Notes under the pieces: generated by a model
Database searches by the model: none
Seen by the model: the letters and a program-made list of their open reading frames with translations, nothing else
Told to the model about the DNA's origin: nothing
Made by a program: the position numbers and the translations under genes
Shown here: piece after piece, positions 34,010 to 44,142 of the stretch
Numbering within the stretch: the first letter of the stretch is position 1
How the letters are laid out: each line of letters starts with the position of its first letter
Assembly: GCA_964591015.1 (NCBI GenBank)
Contig: CAZPXM010000003.1
Location: 10,991-74,990, forward strand
Direction of reading: 5' to 3'
Source: an uncultured Gemmatimonadaceae bacterium
GTDB lineage: Bacteria > Latescibacterota > UBA2968 > UBA8231
Length of the DNA stretch: 64,000 nt

Positions 34010-35452
34010 TCATTCCTCACGCCCAGCAGGCGGTCTCAGGCCGTACAGCTTCTCCTTCCGGTAGAGCGTGCTGAGGCCGATTCCCAGGATCCGGGCCGCC
34101 CTGCGCCGGTCGTACTCGACGGCCTTCAGCGTCTCCCTGAGGGCCATGCACTCGAGTTCCTCCATGCTCATGCCGACGCGGAAGCCGCCCCCTCCTACCT
34201 CACGGCGCGTGCGTCGGCCGATGTGCGCCGGGACGTCCTCCTCGCGCAGCAGGCCCGTGTGCGAACACATGACCACCATCCCCTCGATGCAGTTCTTCAG
34301 CTCGCGCACATTGCCGGGCCAGTCGTACGTCAACAGCGCGTCGAGCGCCCGCACGTCCACCCCGGTGATCTGCTTGCCGTTCTCTGCAGCGAACTGGCGG
34401 ACGAACTCGTCGACCAGGAGCGGAATGTCTTCGCGGCACTCCCTCAGCGGCGGCACCTCGATCGTCACCACCCGGAGGCGGTAGTACAGGTCGGCGCGGT
34501 AGGCGCCCGTCTCGACCATCTCGCCGAGATCGCGGTTGGTGGCCGCCAGGATGCGCACGTCCACCCGCAGGGTGCGCGTGCCGCCCACTCGCTCGAACTC
34601 GCCGCTGTGGATCGCGCGCAGAAGCTTGACCTGCGTGGCGGGAGGCAGATCTCCGACCTCGTCCAGGAACAACGTCCCCGTGTCCGCCAGCTCGAATCGC
34701 CCCTGACGCGAGGTGGTGGCCCCGGTGAACGCGCCTTTCTCGTGCCCGAACAGCTCGCTCTCGACGATGCCTTCCGGCAGCGCGCCGCAGTTCACCTCCA
34801 CCAGCGGCCCGTCCCGTCGGCGGCTGTGGTAGTGGATCGCCTTGGCGACCTCTCCCTTGCCCGTGCCGGTCTCGCCGCTGATCAGCACGGTGGCGCGCGA
34901 TGGCGCGACCTGCTCGATCTGAGCGTAGATGCGCTGCCAGGCCGAGGAGCGGCGGTGCACCCTGCCCAGACGGAACCGCTCGTCCAGCTTCTTCTCGAGG
35001 TCGCTGACCTTCCCGACCAGCCGCTGGTAGGACAGGCCGCGCTCGAGAACGGCGACGATCTTCTCCAGATTGAGGGGCCGCACCTGGTAGTCGTAGGCGC
35101 CTTCGCGCACGGCCTGGGTGGCCACGCGGATCTGGTCCGCCAGCGGATCGGCAATGACTATCCCGCAGATCTGCGGATGGCGCTGGCGCGCCAGCCGCTG
35201 CAGCCGCACAGCATCGGTGCGCGGCGAGGAGGCGCCACAGATCAGCGCATCGACACTCTCGACGTCGAGCACCTCGTACCCGCTCTCGCCGTCGTGGGCC
35301 CACATCGTGAGGTAACGACGGCTGTTGAGGTAGGCCACGAGCTCCTTGGCCTCGGTCGACTCCGGCAGGACGACCAGGACACGGGCCCGGTGGTCGCGTT
35401 CGTCGCCGGCGTCAGCCGCCGGCCCTTCACCGCCGACTCGCACGGTGTCCAC
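34010..35452 (-). CDS. Sigma-54-dependent Fis-family transcriptional activator (bacterial enhancer-binding protein)
   Basis: Receiver-like N-domain. The AAA+ sigma-54 interaction domain has GETGTGKGEVAKAIH and the GAFTGA motif. There is a C-terminal Fis-type HTH. The protein is 480 aa. Confidence 0.85.
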   Translation of the reverse strand: MDTVRVGGEGPAADAGDERDHRARVLVVLPESTEAKELVAYLNSRRYLTMWAHDGESGYEVLDVESVDALICGASSPRTDAVRLQRLARQRHPQICGIVIADPLADQIRVATQAVREGAYDYQVRPLNLEKIVAVLERGLSYQRLVGKVSDLEKKLDERFRLGRVHRRSSAWQRIYAQIEQVAPSRATVLISGETGTGKGEVAKAIHYHSRRRDGPLVEVNCGALPEGIVESELFGHEKGAFTGATTSRQGRFELADTGTLFLDEVGDLPPATQVKLLRAIHSGEFERVGGTRTLRVDVRILAATNRDLGEMVETGAYRADLYYRLRVVTIEVPPLRECREDIPLLVDEFVRQFAAENGKQITGVDVRALDALLTYDWPGNVRELKNCIEGMVVMCSHTGLLREEDVPAHIGRRTRREVGGGGFRVGMSMEELECMALRETLKAVEYDRRRAARILGIGLSTLYRKEKLYGLRPPAGREE

Positions 35453-35850
35453 AGATCCTCCGCTTCACGGCCTGCTCCCAGGCATCACCGGGAGAGCCGA
35501 GCCAGGCACGGCGACAGGCACGCATCCCGTCAGACACGGGCCGTCCGGCATCGTGCTGTCCCGCAAAGATACCGCTGCCCCGCGCGCAGCAGTCCTCGAC
35601 CGGCCGGCAGCCATTCCCCGGGCACTCGGCACCCGAGACCGGCCGAGCCGGCGTGCTTGACGACCTGCGCAGGACTGCGTCGCGCCGCGGCGTGACCGCC
35701 CCGCAAGCCCGGGCCGGGCCTGCCGATCCCAGGCAACACCCTGCACCACCTGGTGCGCCCACGGACGGGGCGCGGCAGCGACGCTCCAGCGCCCTTCTGC
35801 AGCGCGCCAGCGACCGCATGCGCAACGAATGGGCTCCTTCACCATCCAGG

Positions 35851-37290
35851 CTACCTGGCCAGTTGCACCACCGCCTCGCAGTGAGAGGTCTGCGGGAACA
35901 TGTCCAGCGGCCGGATGCGCTCCAGCCGGTACCCCGCCGCCGTCAGCACCACGAGGTCATCCGCCAGCGACTGCGGGTTGCAGGACACGTAGATCAGCCG
36001 GGGCACGCTCATGGCGATGAGGTGCGCACGAACGTTCGGATGCAGCCCCACGCGCGGCGGGTCCACGACGGCCAGATCGAAGCCCTCGCTCCGCAGGCCA
36101 CCGAGCACATCCTCGGCCTGGCCTGCCACGAACCGGCAGTTGCGGATCTGGTTGCGCTCTGCGTTCAGCCACGCGTCAGCGATCGCCTCGCCCACGCACT
36201 CGACGGCCACCACCGAGGTCGCGCACCTGGCCAGCTGCAGACTGATCCCCCCCGCGCCGCAGTACACGTCCAGCACCCGGCAACGAGTCACGTCTCCTGC
36301 CATTTCGGCCACGGTCCGATAGAGAGCCGCAGCCTGCTTCGTGTTGGTCTGGAAGAAGGAGCGGGCAGAGATGCTGTATTCGACACCGTTGCAGCTCTCG
36401 GTGATCCTGCCGGTGCCGTGCACCACGAACTCGGCCTGTCCGACTGCGGTCTGCGCCTTGCCCTGATGCCGAGTGACCACCACGCTGCTGACCGCAGGGA
36501 TCCCATCGAGCACGGCGCCGATCAGCCGGTCGACATCCGCAGAGGGGTACTCCGCTACCACCAGGTTGGCCAGCACCTGCCCGGTGTGGCTGCTGCAGCG
36601 GAGGACCAGGAAGCGCAGCAGCCCCTCGTGGCTGCGGAGATCGTAGGCCGGCAGGCGGAGGCGGCGAGCCTGCTGCCGCACGGACGACAGCAAGTCGTTC
36701 GCTGCGTCCGACTGCAGCTGGCAGTTCTCCACGTCCACCACCGCGCGGTACCGGCCGCGCCGGTGCAGCCCGAGCACCAGTTCTCCTGCTCCGTCGGCGC
36801 CGAACGAGAACTCCATCTTGTTCCGGTAGCCGAACGCGGCAGGGCTGGCCAGGATGGGCTCCACAGGCGGCATCGAGCCGGCCACCCGCGCCATCGCTGT
36901 CTCGAAAAGCGTCTGCTTGAGGCGCAGCTGGTCCGCGTACTCGATGCCCTGCCAGCAGCAGCCTCCGCAGGCGCCGGAATGGGAGCAGCGGGACGGAGTG
37001 CGGCTCACCGCGCTGTCGACGAGCTGGAGCATCACCCCCTCGCATCTGCCGCGTCGCCGGCGCACGATCCGGATCTGGGCAAGGTCGCCGGGAACGGCGC
37101 CGGGCACTTCGATGGCACGGTCGCCGGCCCGCGCGAGCCCGTTGCCGCTGGGGGCCAGCTCGGCGAACCGCACGGTGAGCACATCGCCGCTTCTCGTCTT
37201 CGCTGCGAGCCCCCCGCGCGATTCCTGCGAGGCCTGCGCAGCGAGCGGCGCGACTTCGCCCCCGATCGCGGCACGGCGCTCCGGCTGCAC
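35851..37290 (-). CDS. 23S rRNA (uracil-5-)-methyltransferase, RlmD/RumA family (TRAM, Fe-S cluster, SAM methyltransferase domain)
   Basis: A TRAM-like N-domain is followed by the Fe-S motif CSHSGACGGCC. The SAM motif is VLDVYCGAGGISL and the catalytic VSCNP is present. The maximal ORF runs to 37407, but a rho-independent terminator at 37343-37374 lies inside that extension. The start was therefore placed at the in-frame GTG at 37290 and remains uncertain. Confidence 0.65.
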   Translation of the reverse strand: MQPERRAAIGGEVAPLAAQASQESRGGLAAKTRSGDVLTVRFAELAPSGNGLARAGDRAIEVPGAVPGDLAQIRIVRRRRGRCEGVMLQLVDSAVSRTPSRCSHSGACGGCCWQGIEYADQLRLKQTLFETAMARVAGSMPPVEPILASPAAFGYRNKMEFSFGADGAGELVLGLHRRGRYRAVVDVENCQLQSDAANDLLSSVRQQARRLRLPAYDLRSHEGLLRFLVLRCSSHTGQVLANLVVAEYPSADVDRLIGAVLDGIPAVSSVVVTRHQGKAQTAVGQAEFVVHGTGRITESCNGVEYSISARSFFQTNTKQAAALYRTVAEMAGDVTRCRVLDVYCGAGGISLQLARCATSVVAVECVGEAIADAWLNAERNQIRNCRFVAGQAEDVLGGLRSEGFDLAVVDPPRVGLHPNVRAHLIAMSVPRLIYVSCNPQSLADDLVVLTAAGYRLERIRPLDMFPQTSHCEAVVQLAR

Positions 37291-37342
37291 AGCGCGAGCG
37301 CGGTCTTCCTGCGCCTCCCCGTCCGGCCCTCGAACGCCAACG

Positions 37343-37374
37343 AAAAGGGGGTGAGGATCCGCAGACCCCACCCC
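37343..37374 (-). terminator. Rho-independent terminator downstream of rplQ (end of alpha operon)
   Basis: Minus-strand transcript GGGGUGGGG-ucugcggau-CCUCACCCC followed by CUUUUCG. The stem is 9 bp with one G.U pair, the loop is 9 nt, and a U-run follows. It starts 54 nt after the rplQ stop. Confidence 0.5.
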
Positions 37375-37427
37375 GTCGAAGCCCCCTGCAAGCATCTCCG
37401 AACCCACCCGCGCGCGCCGGCGCCGCG

Positions 37428-37853
37428 CTACTCCTCCGCCTTCTCTGCGCTGGCCGGCGCCTTGCTCTTCGCCGAGCCGCTTCCGGAGCCGCTGCTCTGG
37501 CGATCGACCAGCTCGATCAGACTCATCTCCGCACCGTCGCCGCGACGCGGCCCCAGCTTGACCACCCGCGTGTACCCGCCGCTGCGGCCCCGATAGCGAT
37601 CCGCCAATTCGCTGAATACCTTGGCCACCACGCGCTTGTTCGGCACGACACGCAACACCTGCCGGCGCGAGTGAAGATCCTGTCGCTTGCCGAAGCTGAT
37701 GATGTGCTCGGCGACCCGGCGCACCTCCTTGGCTCGCACGTCGGTGGTGCGAACCACCTCGTTCTCCAGCAGGGAAGCGACCAGATTCCCCAGCATCGCC
37801 TTGCGATGCGGGGTCCTCCGGCCCAGCTTCGCAACCTTGTCACCGTGTCGCAT
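37428..37853 (-). CDS. rplQ: 50S ribosomal protein L17
   Basis: Translation [30 protein letters not shown]... is typical of L17. It is the last gene of the alpha operon. Confidence 0.9.
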   Translation of the reverse strand: MRHGDKVAKLGRRTPHRKAMLGNLVASLLENEVVRTTDVRAKEVRRVAEHIISFGKRQDLHSRRQVLRVVPNKRVVAKVFSELADRYRGRSGGYTRVVKLGPRRGDGAEMSLIELVDRQSSGSGSGSAKSKAPASAEKAEE

Positions 37854-37874
37854 CGGTGGATCGCCCCGTTCCGT

Positions 37875-38891
37875 TCAGAGCTGGTCCGCCAGATGATCAC
37901 CCACCTCTTCGCCGATGTCGACGTTGTCGTAGCGGGTGACATCCATCCCCCAGCTCAGGTTGTGTTCGCGCAATATCTCGTCGAGCTCGTTCAAGGACTT
38001 CCGGCCGAAATTCCGGTATTTCAGCATGTCCGCTTCGGAACGCGACACGAGGTCGCGCAGGGTGGCGATGCCGGCCGCGCGCAGGCAGTTGGCAGAACGC
38101 ACCGAAAGCTCCAGCTCATCCACCGGCATGGCCAGGAGGCGCGCCGTGCGTCTGGTCTCTTCGTCGACGGCCTTCTCGCCAGCCTGAGCCGGCTCCTCGT
38201 GCGAAGTGACGAAGAGCCCCAAATGCTGCGTCAGGATCTGCGCCGCCTCGGCCACGGCATCCTGCGGCGACACCGAACCATCGGTCCAGACCTGCATCGT
38301 CAGCTTGTCGTAGTCGGTGCGCCGCCCGACGCGGGCGTTCTCGATGTCGTACTGCACGCGCAGCACGGGGGAGTAGTTGGCATCGAGGGGGATCGTGCCT
38401 ATCGGCTGATCGGGGACCTTGTTGTCCTCGGCGAAGACATAGCCGCGACCTCGGCCAACTGTGAGTTCCAGACGCAGCTCCGCTCCCGGACTCAAGGTGG
38501 CGATGTGGTGCTCCGGATTCATCACCTTGACCGCCGGGTCCACCGCCAGATCGTGGCCCAGCAGCTCGCCGGGCCCTTTCTTGGCTACTCGCAGCAGGCG
38601 TTCCTCATCGCCCTCGTACCGCAGCGCGATCTCCTTGAGATTGAGGATGATCTCAGGCACATCCTCGCGAATGCCCTCGAGCACGGAGAACTCGTGCTGG
38701 ACGCCCTCGATGATGACGCGCTTGATGGCGGCGCCCTCGATCGCTGCCAGCAGCATGCGGCGCAGGGCATGCCCCAGCGTGACCCCGAAGCCCCTCTCCA
38801 GTGGCTGGACCACGAACCGGCCGAATGTCTCGCTCAGGCTGTCCCTGTCGATCTCGACGAGCCTGGGCATCTGGAGACCCGCTAGTCTCAT
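37875..38891 (-). CDS. rpoA: DNA-directed RNA polymerase subunit alpha
   Basis: 338 aa. N-terminal and C-terminal alpha-subunit domains are recognisable. It lies between rpsD and rplQ. Confidence 0.95.
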   Translation of the reverse strand: MRLAGLQMPRLVEIDRDSLSETFGRFVVQPLERGFGVTLGHALRRMLLAAIEGAAIKRVIIEGVQHEFSVLEGIREDVPEIILNLKEIALRYEGDEERLLRVAKKGPGELLGHDLAVDPAVKVMNPEHHIATLSPGAELRLELTVGRGRGYVFAEDNKVPDQPIGTIPLDANYSPVLRVQYDIENARVGRRTDYDKLTMQVWTDGSVSPQDAVAEAAQILTQHLGLFVTSHEEPAQAGEKAVDEETRRTARLLAMPVDELELSVRSANCLRAAGIATLRDLVSRSEADMLKYRNFGRKSLNELDEILREHNLSWGMDVTRYDNVDIGEEVGDHLADQL

Positions 38892-38979
38892 AAAGCAGTC
38901 AACTCCTCTCGATGCAGCTCCCGGTGCGTATACCCGGCCCCGAAGCCCGGACCGGCGCGCAGCCGCGTCGTTCTTCGTG

Positions 38980-39606
38980 CTACACCCTGGAGTAGAACTC
39001 GATCACCAGTTGCTCGTCGGCAACCGTCGGGATGTCTTCACGCTTTGGCCGTTCGAGCACCGTCCCCTGGAGGTTCACCTTGTCGACCGACAGCCATGGC
39101 ACCACGTCACGCGCGCGTCGCATGCACTCCTGGACGCACTCCAGCTTGCGGTCAGTTTCAGCGACGGCCACGACATCCCCTGGCCGAGTCAGGAACGACG
39201 GGTAGTTGACGCGCCGGCCATTGACCGTGATGTGCTTGTGCCGGACCAGCTGGCGAGCTGCCTTTCGCGACGCGGCGAATCCGAGCCGGTAGACTACGTT
39301 GTCCAGGCGTGCCTCCAGCAGGCGCAGCAGGTTCTCTCCACCGATGCCCGGCACCCGAGTGGCTTCCCGGTAGTAGCTCCGGAACTGCCCCTCGCGCACA
39401 CCGTAGATCCTTGCCAGCCGCTGCTTGGCGCGCAGCTGCACGCTGTAGTCCGACTGCTTCCGCCGCATGCCCTGGCCATGCTGGCCGGGAGCATAGTTGC
39501 GCCGCTCGAAAGAGCACTTTTCCCGACTGCAGCGCTCACCCTTGAGGAAAAGCTTGGCGCCCTCGCGGCGGCAGAAGCGGCAGTTCGGTCCCAGGTGTCT
39601 GCTCAT
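38980..39606 (-). CDS. rpsD: 30S ribosomal protein S4
   Basis: MSRHLGPNCRFCRREGAKLFLKGERC... shows the S4 N-terminal zinc-ribbon-like segment. The protein is 208 aa. Confidence 0.95.
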   Translation of the reverse strand: MSRHLGPNCRFCRREGAKLFLKGERCSREKCSFERRNYAPGQHGQGMRRKQSDYSVQLRAKQRLARIYGVREGQFRSYYREATRVPGIGGENLLRLLEARLDNVVYRLGFAASRKAARQLVRHKHITVNGRRVNYPSFLTRPGDVVAVAETDRKLECVQECMRRARDVVPWLSVDKVNLQGTVLERPKREDIPTVADEQLVIEFYSRV

Positions 39607-39622
39607 CCCTCGCCCTCTTCTC

Positions 39623-40015
39623 CTAGACCCGCCGGCGTTTCGGCGGACGGCACCCGTTGTGCGGAATCGGCGTCACGTCCCGTATCGCAGTGATCTCCAG
39701 ACCCGCGTTCTGCAGCGCACGGATCGCCGACTCGCGCCCCACCCCCGGGCCCTTCACCCACACCTCGACCCGCCGGAGTCCCATGCTCATCGCGTCATGA
39801 GCGGCGCGCTCCGCAGCGATCTGCCCCGCGAAGGATGTCGACTTGCGGCTGCCCTTGATGCTGAGCTTCCCCGGTGTGGCCCACGTTATGACGTTGCCCT
39901 GAGTGTCGGTAAGCGTCACGATCGTGTTGTTGAACGTGGCCAGGATGTGCGCCACGCCAGCCGACTCGACCTGCTTGGCCTTCTTGCGCCTGCGGCGCCC
40001 TCTCTCGGGTGGCAA
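39623..40015 (-). CDS. rpsK: 30S ribosomal protein S11
   Basis: ...[24 protein letters not shown]... is the S11 signature. The protein is 130 aa. Confidence 0.95.
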   Translation of the reverse strand: MPPERGRRRRKKAKQVESAGVAHILATFNNTIVTLTDTQGNVITWATPGKLSIKGSRKSTSFAGQIAAERAAHDAMSMGLRRVEVWVKGPGVGRESAIRALQNAGLEITAIRDVTPIPHNGCRPPKRRRV

Positions 40016-40090
40016 TTCACTTATCCCCTGTCGTCTGCGGCATGTTCAGTCTGCCTGCGGACAGCTCGCAACCATCCACTCGCGTCCCGC

Positions 40091-40474
40091 TCACTTCGGC
40101 GCCGGCGGCTTCTTCCGGCCTGCGATGGCGCGCCGTGGTCCCTTGCGCGTGCGGGCATTCGTCTTCGTGCGCTGTCCCCTCACTGGAAGCCCGCGCCTGT
40201 GTCGCAAGCCCCGGTAGCACCCGACGTCCATCAGCCGCTTGATGTTCATGTTGACCTCGCCGCGCAGGCTGCCCTCGACCTTCAGACCGCTCTCGATGAT
40301 GGCCCGCAGCTGATTGACCTGCTCCTCACTCAGCGCGCCAATGCGAGTCTGTGGATCGACATGCGCCTGGGCGACGATGCGCTCAGCCAAGCTGTGCCCG
40401 ATGCCGTAGATGCTGGTCAGCCCGATGGCAACGCGCTTGTCCCGCGGCAAGTCCACTCCGGCAATACGTGCCAA
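40091..40474 (-). CDS. rpsM: 30S ribosomal protein S13
   Basis: The true start is TTG at 40474 ([15 protein letters not shown]...), preceded by AAGGAG 7 nt upstream. The ORF-track extension to 40573 is not translated. Confidence 0.9.
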   Translation of the reverse strand: MARIAGVDLPRDKRVAIGLTSIYGIGHSLAERIVAQAHVDPQTRIGALSEEQVNQLRAIIESGLKVEGSLRGEVNMNIKRLMDVGCYRGLRHRRGLPVRGQRTKTNARTRKGPRRAIAGRKKPPAPK

Positions 40475-40629
40475 GATCCAGCTCCTTAGCCCTGTCTCTG
40501 GTTGTGCCTTGGATTCCGCTTGCAGATCACGCGCACCACGCCCCGCCGGCGCACGATCCTGCACTCCGAGCACCTCTTGCTCACCGACGCCTTCACTCTC
40601 ACGGCTCGCTCCGTTTCCCTGCCGGCACC

Positions 40630-41964
40630 TCAGCGCCGCCCGTGAATCCTGCCACCTCGCATGAACCCCTCATAGTGCCGGGTCATCAGCTGCGCCTCGA
40701 TCTGCTGCAGCGTATCCAGCGCCACACCCACGACAATCAGCAGCCCCGTCCCGCCAAAGAACCGCGCGAAGGCCCCCGTGACGTTGAACTGCTGGCTGAC
40801 GAAGAACGGAAAGATCGCTACCGCAGCGAGCGCGATGGCGCCCGGCAGCGTAATCCGGGTCATGATCTTGTCGATGTACTGCGCCGTTCTCTTGCCGGGG
40901 CGAACGCCGGGAATGAACCCCCCGTGCTTCTTCATATTATCGGCAAGCTGGTTCGGATCGAGCACGATTGCAGTGTAGAAATAGGTGAAGAAAATGATCA
41001 TTATCGCGTACGCAATCCAGTACACCATCGACGAGGTCGTGAACAGCGAGCCCAGGCTCTGCATCAGCTCGCTATTCGGGAACAACTGCGTCACTGTGCC
41101 GGGGAGAAACATGATCGACTGCGCAAAGATGATCGGGATCACGCCGGCCTGGTTGATGCGCAGCGGGATCGTGGTCGTCTGGCCGCCGTACACCCGTCTT
41201 CCGACCACTCTCTTGGCGTACTGCACCGGGATCTTGCGCTGGCCCTGGATCATGAGGATGACGAACGCCACGACGACGAACATCAGCGCGACGAGGAATA
41301 TCTCCTCGATGATGTTCTTGCCGTGTCCACGGTTGATGAGGTAGTGGCTCCACTCGCTCTTGATGGCGTACGGCAGCTCGGCGACGATCCCTATGAAGAT
41401 GATGAGCGAGATGCCGTTGCCTATGCCTCTCTCGGTGATCTGCTCTCCGAGCCACATGATGAAGATGGTGCCGGTCGTGATCGTCAGTATGGTCTGCAGC
41501 GTGAAGGCGATGCCTGGATTCACCACGGCCTGCGCGTTGCTGGCAGGCCCCCTGATCGTGGTCAGGAAGAAGCTGATCCCGTACGACTGGGCAGCGGCCA
41601 GGAACACCGTGCCATAGCGGGTGTACTGGGTGATCTTCTTGTAACCCTCCTGACCCTCGCGCTGGAGCTTCTGGAAGTAGGGGATCACTGCCCCGAGGAG
41701 CTGCAGGATGATCGAGGCGCTGATGTAGGGCATGATCCCCAGGGCGAAGATCGTCCCGCGCGTGAAGGCGCCGCCCACGAACATATCATAGATGCCGAAC
41801 AGGGTGTTGCCAGTGCCAGCGAAGTACTCCCTGAGCACGGTGACATCGACACCCGGTACCGTTATCTGTCCCCCTATCCGGTAGACGATCAGCAGACCCA
41901 GGGTGAACAGCAGCCGCCGGCGAAGGTCGGGTATCTTGAAGCAGTTGAGGAATGTCTGCAGCAC
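40630..41964 (-). CDS. secY: Preprotein translocase subunit SecY
   Basis: 444 aa with ten TM helices. It occupies the conserved position after rplO. Confidence 0.95.
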   Translation of the reverse strand: MLQTFLNCFKIPDLRRRLLFTLGLLIVYRIGGQITVPGVDVTVLREYFAGTGNTLFGIYDMFVGGAFTRGTIFALGIMPYISASIILQLLGAVIPYFQKLQREGQEGYKKITQYTRYGTVFLAAAQSYGISFFLTTIRGPASNAQAVVNPGIAFTLQTILTITTGTIFIMWLGEQITERGIGNGISLIIFIGIVAELPYAIKSEWSHYLINRGHGKNIIEEIFLVALMFVVVAFVILMIQGQRKIPVQYAKRVVGRRVYGGQTTTIPLRINQAGVIPIIFAQSIMFLPGTVTQLFPNSELMQSLGSLFTTSSMVYWIAYAIMIIFFTYFYTAIVLDPNQLADNMKKHGGFIPGVRPGKRTAQYIDKIMTRITLPGAIALAAVAIFPFFVSQQFNVTGAFARFFGGTGLLIVVGVALDTLQQIEAQLMTRHYEGFMRGGRIHGRR

Positions 41965-41965
41965 C

Positions 41966-42415
41966 TCAGATCACCTCAGCCGTGCCGCCGGCCGCGGTGA
42001 GCCTGGCGACCGCCGACTTGGAGAAAGAGTGCGCCCTGATCGTCAGAGCTTGTCCGAACTCGCCACCACCCAGCACCTTGACGCGGGCCTCTGCCTTCCT
42101 GATCAGCCCGACGCGCGCCAGCTCTTCCGGCCCGACGACGCCCTCCAGCCCACGAGTGGCGATGGCGCCCAGGTTCACTATCTGGTAGACGGTGCGGAAG
42201 TCGTGGTTCGAGAAGCCGATCTTCGGCATGTGCCGGTAGGTCGCGATGCTGCCACCCTCGAACCCGGTCCGGTTGCCCCGCTTGGCACCCGATCGCGCTC
42301 GCTGCCCCTTGTGTCCCCTGCCAGCCGTCTTGCCGTGCCCCGTTCCGGGCCCTTGTCCGCGTCGGGTGCGCTCGCGCCGCGCTCCGACTGGCCTCCTGAT
42401 CTCGCCCAGACGCAT
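41966..42415 (-). CDS. rplO: 50S ribosomal protein L15
   Basis: MRLGEIRRPVGARRERTRRGQGPGTGHGKTAGRGHKGQ... is the L15 signature. Confidence 0.9.
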   Translation of the reverse strand: MRLGEIRRPVGARRERTRRGQGPGTGHGKTAGRGHKGQRARSGAKRGNRTGFEGGSIATYRHMPKIGFSNHDFRTVYQIVNLGAIATRGLEGVVGPEELARVGLIRKAEARVKVLGGGEFGQALTIRAHSFSKSAVARLTAAGGTAEVI

Positions 42416-42431
42416 ATCGCCTTGCTTTCGA

Positions 42432-42614
42432 CTAGTCGGTGACTTCCTCGATCTCTACCAGGTGGCGCACCTTGGCCAGCATGCCGCGGATCTGAGGCGT
42501 GTCCTCGTGCACGACGCGATGATCGATCCGGCGCAACCCGAGCGCCCGCATCGTGGCCTTCTGGTACTGAGGACGCTTGATCGTGCTCCGGCGCTGTATG
42601 ACCGCGACTTTCAT
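42432..42614 (-). CDS. rpmD: 50S ribosomal protein L30
   Basis: A 60-aa protein, MKVAVIQRRSTIKRPQYQKATMRALGLRRI... Confidence 0.85.
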   Translation of the reverse strand: MKVAVIQRRSTIKRPQYQKATMRALGLRRIDHRVVHEDTPQIRGMLAKVRHLVEIEEVTD

Positions 42615-42626
42615 CCGTCCCCTCCC

Positions 42627-43142
42627 TCAAGCGCGCAGGCTCTCGGCTCCCACACCGCGCAGTTCCGCGACCATCTGGGGGCTGCGCATCGAGGCCAGCG
42701 CCTGGAGCGTCGCCTTGGCGGTGTTCTGCGGACTGCTCGAACCCAGCGACTTCGTCAGGATGTCCCGGACGCCCGCCAGCTCCAGCACGATGCGGATGCC
42801 ACCGCTGGCGATCACGCCCGTGCCAGGCGAGGCCGGCCGGAAGAGCACGCGCGCAGCACCGAACTTCCCGATGGCCTCGTGAGGGATCGTACCGCTGACC
42901 ACAGGGACCGTGACGAGGCTCTTGCGCGCAGCCTCGGTCCCTTTCCGGATGGCCTGCGAGATCTCGCCTGCCTTCCCCGTACCGATGCCCACGTGCCCGT
43001 TCCGGTCGCCCACCACGACAAGGGCGTTGAAGCTGAAGCGACGTCCACCCTTCCGGACGTGCGACACACGCTTGATCGAGTTCTGGACAACGACCTCGCT
43101 CAACTCCAGGCTGTTGGGGTCCACCTTGGCCACGGGCAACAC
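42627..43142 (-). CDS. rpsE: 30S ribosomal protein S5
   Basis: Contains the S5 dsRBD and the C-terminal domain. Confidence 0.95.
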   Translation of the reverse strand: MLPVAKVDPNSLELSEVVVQNSIKRVSHVRKGGRRFSFNALVVVGDRNGHVGIGTGKAGEISQAIRKGTEAARKSLVTVPVVSGTIPHEAIGKFGAARVLFRPASPGTGVIASGGIRIVLELAGVRDILTKSLGSSSPQNTAKATLQALASMRSPQMVAELRGVGAESLRA

Positions 43143-43154
43143 TCTCCTGTCATC

Positions 43155-43529
43155 TCAGAATTCCAGCCCGCCCTCGCGGGCCCCTTCCGCCACTGCCTTG
43201 ACGATGCCGTGGAAGAGGAATCCGCCCCGGTCGAAGACGACCCGCTGGATGCCTCTCTCGCGAGCCTTCTCCGCCAACTTCTTGCCCATCTCGCGCCCCT
43301 GGGCCACCCGGCTGGGGAACCGGGCTCCCCGCAACTCGCTGCCCAGCGTCGACATCCCGAGAAGCGACCGGCCCGCCGTGTCGTCGACGATCTGCGCCTC
43401 GATGTTGCGCAGGCTTCGATGGACGACCAGCCGCGGTCGCTCCGGCGTACCCACCACACGCTTCCGGAGTCGGTACCGCCGTCGTTCGCGACGCTCCTTG
43501 TTTCGCTGCAGGTGCTTCTTGCCCCTCAT
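43155..43529 (-). CDS. rplR: 50S ribosomal protein L18
   Basis: 124 aa at the conserved position. Translation begins MRGKKHLQRNKERRERRRYRLRKRVVGTPERPRLVV. Confidence 0.9.
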   Translation of the reverse strand: MRGKKHLQRNKERRERRRYRLRKRVVGTPERPRLVVHRSLRNIEAQIVDDTAGRSLLGMSTLGSELRGARFPSRVAQGREMGKKLAEKARERGIQRVVFDRGGFLFHGIVKAVAEGAREGGLEF

Positions 43530-43548
43530 ATCGGCGTGATCTCGCAGG

Positions 43549-44106
43549 TTAGCCTACCGCTGCCTTGCCCGCCTTCCAGTGAATCACTTCGTTCTCGTAG
43601 CGAATCCCCTTCCCCTTGTACGGCTCAGGCTTGCGCCGGCGGCGGATGTCGGCAGCCACCTGTCCGACCTGCTGTTTGTCGATGCCGCTGACGACAATCC
43701 GGGCTTGCACTCCGCCGCTTCCCTCGTCAGCCCTCAGCTCGATGCCCTCGGGCGCTTCGTACACCACCGGGTGCGAGAACCCCAACTGCATGGTGAGGCG
43801 GCGCCCCTGGACCTCGACACGGAACCCCACGCCGTGCACCTCCAGTGTCTTGCTGAAGCCATGCACGACGCCAGCGATCGCGTTGGCCAGCAAAGACCTG
43901 ACGAGGCCGTGCAGCGCTCGAACTGAACTCGCTTCGGAGTTCCTCCGCACGCGCACCAACCCATCCTCCACCACAACCGATATCCGGCTGGGATCGTAGG
44001 CCACCGACAGCTTCCCGCGCGGCCCGGTGACGGACACGCTCGCAGGCTCGACTCCGACCACCACGCCGGGCGGCAGAGGAATCGCCCTCAAACCAACTCG
44101 TGACAC
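43549..44106 (-). CDS. rplF: 50S ribosomal protein L6
   Basis: MSRVGLRAIPLPPGVVVGVEPASVSVTGPRGKLS... is the L6 signature. Confidence 0.9.
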   Translation of the reverse strand: MSRVGLRAIPLPPGVVVGVEPASVSVTGPRGKLSVAYDPSRISVVVEDGLVRVRRNSEASSVRALHGLVRSLLANAIAGVVHGFSKTLEVHGVGFRVEVQGRRLTMQLGFSHPVVYEAPEGIELRADEGSGGVQARIVVSGIDKQQVGQVAADIRRRRKPEPYKGKGIRYENEVIHWKAGKAAVG

Positions 44107-44142
44107 GCCCCATCCTCCTGGACAGCACTGGAGACAGCCGCG

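Noticed and set aside
40351-42000. 549-aa plus-strand ORF antisense to secY/rplO
   Set aside because: Antisense to the highly conserved secY. The translation is low-complexity.
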